Under the pieces are notes generated by a model. That model was not told the DNA's origin, did not search any database, and worked only from the letters and a program-made list of their open reading frames with translations. Below, piece by piece: positions 1 to 9,590 of a stretch of DNA of 64,000 bases. Every line of letters starts with the position of its first letter. Position 1 is the stretch's first letter. This DNA comes from Hydrolagus affinis (Eukaryota): contig JAAILG010000539.1 in assembly GCA_012026655.1 (NCBI GenBank), positions 1 to 64,000 on the forward strand, written 5' to 3'. Made by a program: the position numbers and the translations under genes.

Positions 1-144
1 TAGTTCAGTGTGCGCGCATTCCGATTTTTTCCCTCGATATATTGACTTTTCGATATATCAATATTTTTGAAATGCCTATATCGGCGTATCGATATGAAAA
101 TTATATTGGGTTTTAGCGATATATCGATATATCGCCGGACCCTA
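1..144. mobile_element. Terminus of a non-autonomous hAT-type DNA transposon (MITE), cut by the window edge
   Basis: Ends in ...CGATATATCGATATATCGCCGGACCCTA (reverse complement TAGGGTCCGGCGATATATCG). The TAGGG terminus and repeated CGATAT(A) subterminal motifs are typical of fish hAT MITEs. CpG-rich relative to its flanks. Confidence 0.7.
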
Positions 145-1321
145 ATATGTATATATTTACTTGCCTGAGATCCTCATCCTTTTAAGGAAGAAATTATCGA
201 TCCTATTAAGCCTATTGATAAAATTAAGACTCTTTTTTTATGTTACCAAAATTAAGTGCAAGTTTGCCAAGCTATTTGGGGATATTTCACTTTCTATAAG
301 TGGTGATTGCACATTGGATCTACTCATTTTAATAATGCAGTGGGAGTTTTATCTTAAATTGCATTTCTTACTCTGCAATCGCAAGACAGCTTGAGATGAA
401 CAATATTCTCCAACTCCAGAGGTTTGTGGAATAAACCTTTGAAGGTCTCAATGCTCTGTAAATCATTCGCTAATTCAAACATTTCCCTATCCTACAGCGG
501 CCAATTATTTTTTCTTGTTTTACTGCACTGTTTGTGGCTTGTTTGGCAAAACGCACACACAACAACAATGGGACTTTGGTTACATGTAAAATTTTATATG
601 AAATACTCTCTAACAGACCATTTTATACTTTCTTTATTGAAGGCTTAACTGGTAAAAAGAGAAGCTGTTTCACATTGTTTATAATGGAGCCTCAAGCACC
701 AGTTTGCCCTACTCATCTGACAAGTCACTGCAAAAGGCACCATTGTAAACCATATATAATGGTGACCTAGAACCCTAATAAACAGTTTTACATTTTTTTC
801 TTAATGAATGCAAAGCACGACCTAACGGTCTGCCATTCACGGTTTGCAGATCAAATAAGAAGCTGTGCAACCCAAATTAAATTTGCGGTGATCAAGCGTG
901 GCCAAAATACATGATTCATTTGGGGTCTGTAAAACTACTTATAGCTGAAAGTAAGGTTAGCATTGCGTGCCTGGCTTTGAACCTGAAACCTTCATTGCCA
1001 AACTTTTAATTGAAATGAACTTTCAGCTGTACGTGATTACATGTAGCTCTCACTTTAAATTGTTCCTCCACTAGGTGAGAAGCAAGGTTGCTTGGGATAG
1101 ATGTGCAGGAAATACCCCCTAAACAATAAGATTAAGACTGGAGCCAGAATACTGAGGAAATATTCAAAATGCACCATAAATGAAGCAACAAAGGAGATCT
1201 TACTATGATTGTTTTACATTGGATTAGTGCTACTTTTCATAATAACATGGGAATTAATTTGCTCTTAATTTCAAAGCAGCATAATTATACATTTGGTGTA
1301 ATCGGGATGAGAACTTATCAT

Positions 1322-1622
1322 AACTCCAGTTAAGTACTAGAGAAACACTGCAGTGACATAGCTGCCGTCATTCAGTTGAAGAGGTCGCATCTACTTGCTC
1401 TTCAGATGCTAAAGATGTCATTACATTATATGAAAAGAGAAGGGAGTTTCTTCCTATGTCCTGGTCAACAATCCTCCAGATAAATTGATCAGTGACCTGT
1501 TTATAGGATTTTGCTGGGAGGAAAATGGTCCATGTCAGATTACAAGAGTCACTACACTTGACAGCAATGATTGAAAAGAACTTTGAGATGTTTTGATCTG
1601 ATTAAATGCTATAAATAACATA
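1322..1622 (+). mobile_element. Degenerate DeuSINE (SacSINE1-like) body and 3' tail
   Basis: Deu-domain-like GGGAGTTTCTTCCTATGTCCTGGTCAAC, followed by an L2-type tail CTTTGAGATG...TGCTATAAAT. Confidence 0.65.
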
Positions 1623-2087
1623 AATTATTTCTTTCCAAATTAATCTCATTAAGAAATACTGTCATTCTTATCTAGATGCTGATTTTGCCACACCATTTCA
1701 ATGCAGTAGATTTCCAAGGATTACTCTCAAAGTATCTAACTGGGTTATATGGTGACATAGTGAGGGATTTACAACAATGGCAGTGACATCCTGATGCATT
1801 AAAACAGGAGGTGGCACAATCACACTCCACTTGATCAGAAACAGTTTTGGCAGAGAGTATTTTAGGATTACGAAGAAGTACACTAACACTGCCACCCTAA
1901 CAAACTACACCAGTAAAAAGATAAACATTCTATTGTCTTCTAACTGCTTCAATTTAATGGAATGTTTAATTTAACATATGTAATGGAGGGTTTAATCCCC
2001 ATTTTAAAAAAGGGATTTTATACTATGTCCATTGACTATAACTCTTAGTGAGTCCACAAAGTATGCGCGCTGAATGCAAAATTGTGT

Positions 2088-2485
2088 GTGAGCCTCACTT
2101 AATTGGTAGCATTCTCACCTCTGAATCAGAGGGTTGTGGGTTCAAGCCCTATGTTGGGACTTTGACTCTGTATAGCCAAGGATGAGATTCCAATGGATTG
2201 CTGGTGTGCTGCTTTGTCAGAATTGCCATCTGTTGAATTAGATATTGATCCAAGGTTCTGTCTGGCTGTTTTGGTGGCATTACTCCCTGGCACTATTTGT
2301 GAAGTCAAGGGCATTTCTCCTGGTGTCCCGGCCAACAATCGGCCAAATAAAATTGGGGTTTCACTTCATGGCTGATTTTGGAACATTGCCATGAGCAAAT
2401 TGGCTGCCGCTTTCACCTACAAAATTTGTCCAACACTTCAACCCTCCGCAGTTGGGATGTTTTTTAAAGAAATGCTGCAAGCATT
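2088..2485 (+). mobile_element. Near full-length tRNA-derived DeuSINE (SacSINE1-like)
   Basis: Head TTGGTAGCATTCTCACCTCTGAATCAGAGGGTTGTGGGTTCAAGCCC (B-box-like GGTTCAAGCC). Deu core CCTGGCACTATTTG...CTCCTGGTGTCCCGGCCAACA...GCAAATTGGCTGCCGC. Confidence 0.8.
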
Positions 2486-2532
2486 TTATTCAGACCAATG
2501 CCACTATTTATCACACCAGTTAGGTTCCTAAA

Positions 2533-2640
2533 ATGATAATACATTTGATATAGCACCTTATTACATCATCGCAATGTCTCAAAGCAGTTCACAGAATATA
2601 CTGTAAAGTGAATTGACTGCATATATTGTGGGTGAAATAG
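2533..2640 (-). mobile_element. SINE 3' tail fragment
   Basis: Matches the window's common SINE tail (CATTTGATATAGC...TTCACAGAATATACTGTAAAGTGAATTGACTG). Confidence 0.75.
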
Positions 2641-3674
2641 AGTTTCATTGAGAGGCATTTACACAAGTTTTGTTCTTCCATTTCTTTGCTCCCCAAAAAT
2701 GATATTCAATTAGCGAAATACCAAACTGTTGGTCATGTTGATCATGAACCGCTGCTATGCCCGGAATTTTCTTATAAATGCCGGATTGTTCAGCAGTTCA
2801 TGGGCCCAGAGAAACAGCAGGGATGATTCCATTTACACTTTATAGACGTTGTGGGGTTTGTAAGTTGTAAGAGTTAAAGCAATTTTCTATAATTTCATAG
2901 TTATATGAGTCCTAATTAGAGCTCTGAATTTAATAGTGTAGCTTGGTGGAAGAAATATTGCTAATAAGAGGCAAAAAAATTTCCCCATATTTTCCCACTG
3001 TAGTAAAAGGGGAATATTTTAATATGCCAAGACCTTGTACTTCAATCAGCTAAACAGGATCATAAATAGTATTATAAACAAATACTAAGTGCTGTGAGAC
3101 ACTGCAGCAATCAGTTGAACAAACTTGTAACAGATTTTACAACCTGTTTGTAGTTTTATGCCTTTTTAACATTATTTTTAAATGCGACTTGTAAAAGATT
3201 GTTAGTATCCATGTAAGATGACACCTGGAGCAGTTAAAGGTCTATTATAAAACATCACCTGTTGTGTTACACACCATATTAATGCCAAACGTCCTGGTTC
3301 TGTAGGTGTTATGTGGGCCCATATTATTTGTATGCTGGAAAATTCTACAGTTTATTTTAAGAATAAATGTCCTTTTTCTAATTATGAGATATTTTCTTGG
3401 TATTTTACCAATATTCTCTGGATATAAACAATTCATTTTCTGTTTTAAGCAGAAGCTGCATTTTCAATTCAAAGTAGCTACAAATTGTTGAATTCCATTG
3501 CACACTGCACAGAGAAATTCACTGATTGAAAGTCTACAGATTATTTCTCAAGATAGCTAATGGAGATAATGCAACAGTTGTCAATCCTCTTCAACTACTT
3601 GAAATACATGTTAAATGTGGACTGTACCATCACTGCCAACTCCAAACTGAAATAGTACATATTTATGAAACAGA

Positions 3675-4000
3675 TAATAATTCTTGCATTTGATACATTA
3701 AATCATCCCAAGGTTTGAAAGTACCTGTACTTCACAGTATTTACTGTAAAATGCAATCACTGTATTTATAGGTAAACACTATGTAAATTTGTCCACAGCA
3801 GTCCCACAAACAGACAGTGGATGAAACAGCCAATTTTAACTGGAACACTGTTGGCCAGGACACAGAAGAGACTTCTTCCCTTTTCAAGTGATGCCATGGG
3901 ATGTTTAATGGCACCTGCACGGGCAGATAGGAGCTTGGTTTATTGTCTCATCTGAAAGACTGCTCCTCTAAAAATGCACTGCCCTAAAATATCAGTCTAG
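3675..4000 (-). mobile_element. DeuSINE, body and tail
   Basis: Reverse-strand Deu core (GTTGGCCAGGACAC...TGCCATGGGATGTTTAA...GTCTCATCTGAAAGAC) and (TAA)n tail. Confidence 0.75.
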
Positions 4001-4002
4001 AA

Positions 4003-4145
4003 CAGGGGGATAGCCAACTTGCAGCCTGTGGACCACATGACGCATGCATAAAATAGTCACGGCTACAAGTTGGTTTGTTTACGCAGACTACAAGTTGGTT
4101 TGCCTAGACTAACTTTGCGGCAAAATTGCGACCAACGATGCAAGG
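4003..4145 (+). mobile_element. hAT-Charlie-like DNA transposon left end
   Basis: CAGGGGGATAGCCAACTTGCAGCCTGTGGACCACATG directly follows GTCTAGAA, which fits the NTCTAGAN Charlie target preference. Internal 15-bp direct repeat CTACAAGTTGGTTTG at 4063 and 4088. Confidence 0.55.
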
Positions 4146-4317
4146 CGAATACTAAACCACTATTACAAAGCTACAATCTATCAGGTTTCACACAACACAG
4201 TGTCGATATATTATATTACTCCAAAGATTATTATGATTAATCTTATATTTCAATTATTCTCTTTATAAAATAATGAACGTCAGCTAGATAGTAACTATTC
4301 TTGAAAACTTCTGGGTA

Positions 4318-4635
4318 GCAACAACAAAATTACATTTGTTTAGAACTTTTTACGCCAGGAGGATGTCCCAAGGCGCTGGACAATCAGTGTTTTGGACCCG
4401 AGCTGGGATCGGGATTCGGGAGGGTGTAGGGAAGGGGGTAACAAATGGCATGTTCTAAGAGGAGATTCTTGAGGCAGGACTTGAAGGCTCGCCTGCTGAT
4501 TGTGCGGAGGGTGGGTTGGGGGATGTGGAGTAGGCTGGAGCCTACTGAGCAGAGGGAACAGACAGGCTGATAGGGGCTTGGTAGGTCACAGATGTTGGGG
4601 GTGGAGGGCAAGAAAGTAGTTGGAAGCAAGATTTT
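4318..4635 (-). mobile_element. L2 LINE 3' fragment
   Basis: (CAA)n-AATTACATTTG...GGATGTCCCAAGGCGC tail. The minus-strand translation includes LLHIP..LRTI..RAF, typical of the L2 ORF2 C-terminus. Confidence 0.8.
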
Positions 4636-6639
4636 CATGTTCTATAATCAGATGATCATCTTTTTCCAAACGACTGGTTATAGATCTTATCCCAGAAAGT
4701 TTTACATATAAACTGTATGGCTGAAAAACAACTGATCTCTCTCATTGATCCCCTTCTCACCTTGAAACCTTTGGCGTTTACCTTACTTTATTTAGTGAGA
4801 ACTGACAAGCTATATTTGGGAGATTATTATCAAGTATAGTAATATTTCCCCTTCATTTCAATCAAAGACAATCAAAGTGAAATATTCAGCAATGTTTAGT
4901 GAGATTTCTTAATAAGGAAACCAGAAATATATCACAATAACCCATTTGGGAGCTCTGTTCCATTTACTTTTGCAGTTGAGATCATGTGGGTTGGTGTGAC
5001 TTGCTGTCACTGGAAGCCTAAGCCACTCATATTCCTTGTGAAGGAATCTCAACAGAATTCACTGCATATTAGATGCCAATATAATCAACATTTTTGTAAA
5101 AAATTAACCTTAAGCTACAAACGTTTAGCATTAATTTTGTTTAAAAGCATTAGCTTTGTACACAGACATTTCTACTAGAATACTTATTAGCAGCTTTGCA
5201 ATCATACATGAGAAAATAAAAGAGCAACTTTCACTCGTACAATAGATCTCGTACTTGCCTTAGGCATTACAGATAATGAACTGTTCAGGGATCAGCAAGG
5301 AAACACTTGTGTTTTTATAAAAGTTTGTACACTTCCTTTCCTAGCCAAGTTAATGTTACGCACAACAGTAACAAACAACTGCACTCCCTCTACCCACCTT
5401 TCAAGTGCCTGTGAATGATCCTGAATCAATGTGACATCAGCTGACATCTCCCCTGATGTGCCAAAGACCATAAAAACTGTCAGGAAGACTATTAGCCTGC
5501 AGCAAGCAAGAACATACAGTCATTTTCATTCCCTTCTTTTTCTTTAGCTAGGGAGGATACAACATTAAAGATCCATGATCTTGTGCACCCTCATAATTTA
5601 AATATGCCTTAAAATCAGAGCGCATTCTCCTGCACTTAACAGATCTTCATTCAGAGTAATTAAATGCTTTAAATGTCAAGGCTAAGGCATCGCTTGAGCA
5701 CTGAGTTACTGCCCCTCATCAGTACTAAGTCTCTGTAGCAGATTGACATCATCCACAGTAGGTGAACTGCCCCAGTGACTGACATGTCTTCTTTTATTAA
5801 TGAGTTTTCTAGTTAGGTTACTGCTTCCTTTTCAACCTGTGTAATTGCAAGTTTACCAAAAAATAGTCAAATTAGCATTCTTGACTAAAGGAGAAACAGC
5901 AAGGCATCCACAAAAAATAATCAGCTACCTAATGTCTGGAACAAGCTTCAACTCTCTGTAATGTGATCCTTACATGAACCATAATCTCCTGTTTATTTCC
6001 CCTAATGAGGCAGGAGTTAAAACAGTTGACCTGATCAGATTCAGATGGCAGCCCTAAAGGAGAGAGCCCCCTGCTGCATCTTGGGCCCGACACCCTTTGT
6101 TACCTCCAAGTGAGCTGAGACCAGGCTGTGAACCATGTAAATAGTAGGTTTCCAGGTTAATGAAAAGCCGTAACTCCATCCCTTTGCCTCTGTGGAACTC
6201 TCCTCACTTCAACCATACAATCGCATTCTTGTCACAATCCACTAATAAAGACTAACAAATAGGTTTGGTTCCACGTAAGCAAAGGTATTGTGTAGAAAAT
6301 GACTCTAATTGGAAACTCTTTCTGTATGGGAGGATGTATATTTGTAATGATTTTGAGAATTTGAGAATGCCCTACCCTCACATTGCCAAAAAAAAGTATA
6401 TTCACCAGAAACAGATGTGAAGCTCATACACAAAACCTTTGACATTATTAGAAGGCGATCAGGAAAGGGGGAGGGAGGCAGTGGAATCCTGATAATAATA
6501 ATGTTTTCAGTTCACAGACACCTTCCTGAAAATTGTTTCAGAAAAACATATTTTTTTGTTAGCCACCCTTATAAACCGAATATAGTTCAAGATTTCAGTT
6601 TGGTCACAAATACAAATTAACGTTCACTGTCAAACACAT

Positions 6640-6752
6640 TACTGTTTTCGCCCACAAATATACAGTCAATTCACTTTACAGTGTATTCTGTGAAGCGCTT
6701 TGAGACGTCAATAAGATGTGAAAAGCACTATATCAAAAATGGAAGGATTATC
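6640..6752 (+). mobile_element. SINE 3' half
   Basis: TTTCGCCCACAAATATACAGTCAATTCACTTTACAGTGTATTCTGTGAAGCGCTTTGAGACGTC, nearly identical to the copy at 34074-34414. Confidence 0.85.
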
Positions 6753-7790
6753 AAGTGATACATTTTCTCACAACAGGCCACCGTGACTTGGCTTTTTGTT
6801 TTTAATCCAATGTGAAACAATGCGTCCATTGGGCTGAAAGCTGTAATCAAAACAATGGAAAGTGAGAAATTTCCCATTTTCCCCTTCTCCCAACTGTTAT
6901 CAATTTGCCTTGGAAACTCAAGTCCTTTCTTGTAATGGGCAAATTGCATCAATTCAGGAACAGCAAGCTAAGTGTTCTCGTCTTATGTTACACTGTCTTT
7001 GATGCAACTGCCATTTGCTGCTGTACTCGGTTACAAACTGGAGTGAAACACTTAACATGATGTGAATCTGTGCTCAAACCGACATCACACGGCTAACAGA
7101 AGCCAGCAACAATTTAAATCAAGCCAACTTGGCACAGGAGTTAATGAGTTAGAAAACCGATCAAGTGCTCATCAGCTAAACAATGAAACTGAATGGAAAA
7201 CTGAGTATAATTTACAGAAATCTCCCCTTTCGTGGATAAACCCGGATCGTACAGGGAATCTGATCTCACCTTGTCTACTCAGAACAATTTCTTCCTCCCA
7301 CGCCCCCCATGTTGGCACTTGCATGAAAGAGAATTTCCGATTGAATCATGCACCACAATGGTAGGTCTGCATCACACGTTACAATCCACCTACTCTTGTT
7401 TAGAACAACTTATTTCAATAGACATGGGTGAACTATAAGGAAGAAGCAGCTTCAAAGGTATGTCATTATCAATTTTCAAGAGCTTCTGGTTGTGTTTTTC
7501 ATTGCAAATGAAGCTGCATTATAAGATATGATCCTGTTATTGTAAGAAAGCACTGGAGAATGTTGGTATTGTTCCTGCACAAGAACATTTTGTGGTGAAA
7601 GGGTTAAAAAAAGCACCACTCTGTCCATGACAAAACGAGAAAATCATCAATTTTCCAAGAACCCTTTATCATGGAATGGCATTAAGGCACCAATTACTTT
7701 GGCAAGCCCTGACACTTTAATCAGCTGACTGACAGCTCACATTCTGGATGACTTCCAGTATCAATAAAACTTGTTGAAGCATAGCCTTAC

Positions 7791-7839
7791 CTGGTTTTCA
7801 CCACATCGAGGGGATGCATCAGGCAAATTTCCACAAGAC
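7791..7839 (-). CDS. slc25a21: Internal coding exon (exon 2) of the mitochondrial 2-oxodicarboxylate carrier (SLC25 family)
   Basis: Minus strand reads ttcctgttctcttgtcacccactAG|GT CTT GTG GAA ATT TGC CTG ATG CAT CCC CTC GAT GTG GTG AAA ACC AG|GTAAG, i.e. (G)LVEICLMHPLDVVKT(R). It contains the carrier signature Px[DE]xx[KR]x[KR] and matches SLC25A21 as I recall it. Length 49 bp, phase 1 in and phase 2 out, canonical splice sites. Confidence 0.95.
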
Positions 7840-8590
7840 CTAGTGGGTGACAAGAGAACAGGAATTTAGTAAACATTAATACAAACAACACTTTGTGCTT
7901 CACCAGTCTAGTAGTTATTCTCGTGTGAAGGGTCAAATATACAGTGCTAAGTAAAGTCAACTGAAGTTAATAAACAAGAAACAAATATAGGTGTACATTA
8001 GAAACCATCTTAGAAATTTCCTATCAAACCATTATAAGGCAAGAAACCACAGATAATAAATAATACACAAATCTTACAGTGATTACATTTACCACAGAAT
8101 ATATATTAGAAGTTAATTGGCTGACAATTCTGCACAGCCCAATATGAGGTTTATTCCAGCATGCATAATACATGTCAATCAAAAAGAAGTTAAAATTGAT
8201 CAAGTTAACATGATTTAAAACTTCCCAGCCATAAATAAATTTATTATATTAAATGCACCGTGTCAACTTTTGTTACCATGTACATATTTGCAAATTCAGA
8301 ATAACAACTCCTGACTGCTCTTGTAACAACAGATATTCATAGGGAAATAGAAACACAAAACTATTTAGCCCAACAAGCCTGTTCCATCGGTTTGTGCGAT
8401 CTTGACAGATCTCTTAATCTCAATGTCTGCCCTTTCACTGTACGCTTTAATACTTTCACTATATCCCTTAATACTTCTATTACCCACGTACCAAAACATT
8501 TTTAATGACACTGAAGATTATACAGTACTGAACTAACCAAATCCAGTACAATTGTACAATACAATTTTTAAACACTAAATTGCACTACAT

Positions 8591-8945
8591 ACAAAATTAT
8601 ATTTGTATAGGGCTTTTCACATCAGGAGGATGTCCCAAGGTGCTGGACAATCAGTGATTTGGATCCGAGCTGGGGGTCAGGACTAGGGAGAGTGGATGCC
8701 AGGGAAGGTGGGTAAAGGGCAGGGACGGTGGCCGAAGGTGCAGTCGAAGAGGAGGGTTTTGAGATGCGCCTTGAAGGAGACAAGAGAAGGAGCAAGGTGA
8801 AGGGAATGTGGAATGGAGTTCCAAAGGATGGGAACAGAAAGACTGAAGGCCCAACTGTCGATAGTTGGGCAGGCTGGGCGGGGGATAGGAGCAAGCCACA
8901 GTTTGCTGAGCGGAGGGAGTGGACAGTTTGATATAGGATCAGCAT
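8591..8945 (-). mobile_element. L2 LINE 3' fragment
   Basis: Tail TTTCACATCAGGAGGATGTCCCAAGG. Translation ...LYQTVHSLRSA..LL matches the L2 ORF2 end. Confidence 0.85.
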
Positions 8946-9084
8946 ATCGAGCGTGAGTGACTCAATGTGTAATATACACAATGGGTGTGAATTACCTGCT
9001 GCACTAACCACACAATATATTTTAATCACTTGCTGCATTATATCCATGGTAGAGTTATGTTGTAGCCGACAATCACCCAGATAA

Positions 9085-9235
9085 AATCTGTCATTAACCT
9101 CATGATTGTTTGAAGGACATTGCTGTGCTCAAATTGGCCACTGCATTTGCCTGGAGAATACATAGTTCATGAATCAATTTGAGACATTCTCCCAGAGTGA
9201 AAGGCCCTAAATCAAATGCACAGATTATTATTATT
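9085..9235 (+). mobile_element. DeuSINE 3' fragment
   Basis: GGACATTGCTGTGCTCAAATTGGCCACTGCATTTGCC ... ATCAAATGCACAGATTATTATT. Confidence 0.7.
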
Positions 9236-9413
9236 TTACTCACCTGCTGTACTATCCATGCAATGGGTGAGACAGACCTGTTGTATCATATATGTATTTT
9301 GTGCATATAATACTGGGTTTGCTCTGTCATTCATTACTTAAAACTCTCTAGTCATTGGAAGGCATGAAAACATGATAATAACTATTCTATATTGTATATT
9401 TTATTATGAAAAT

Positions 9414-9590
9414 CATGCTTTCAGCCATTATGCCTCAAAACTCTGGAATACTTTCTCGCAATCCCTCCGCCTTGCCCCTTCTCTAGTCTTGTTCAAGTCC
9501 CACCTAAAAACTTTCTCCTTCAACCGTGCTTACGACCACCGCCCCCACAGCCCAGTTCAGAGTTGGGCTCCGCTACTGATAAGCACTCTT
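9414..9590 (+). mobile_element. L2 LINE 3' fragment (second subfamily)
   Basis: Translation AFSHYASKLWNTFSQSLRLAPSLVLFKSHLKTFSF is the canonical L2 ORF2 C-terminal motif. Confidence 0.85.

Larger units (their letters stand above)
1..7790 (-). other. slc25a21: slc25a21 intron 2 (part)
   Basis: Lies downstream of the GTAAG donor at 7786-7790. No exon-3-like sequence (FQIQR...) was found in 1-7790. Confidence 0.75.

Noticed and set aside
1066-1084. CCACTAGGTGAG as a CTCF site
   Set aside because: The critical GGC of the core is missing.
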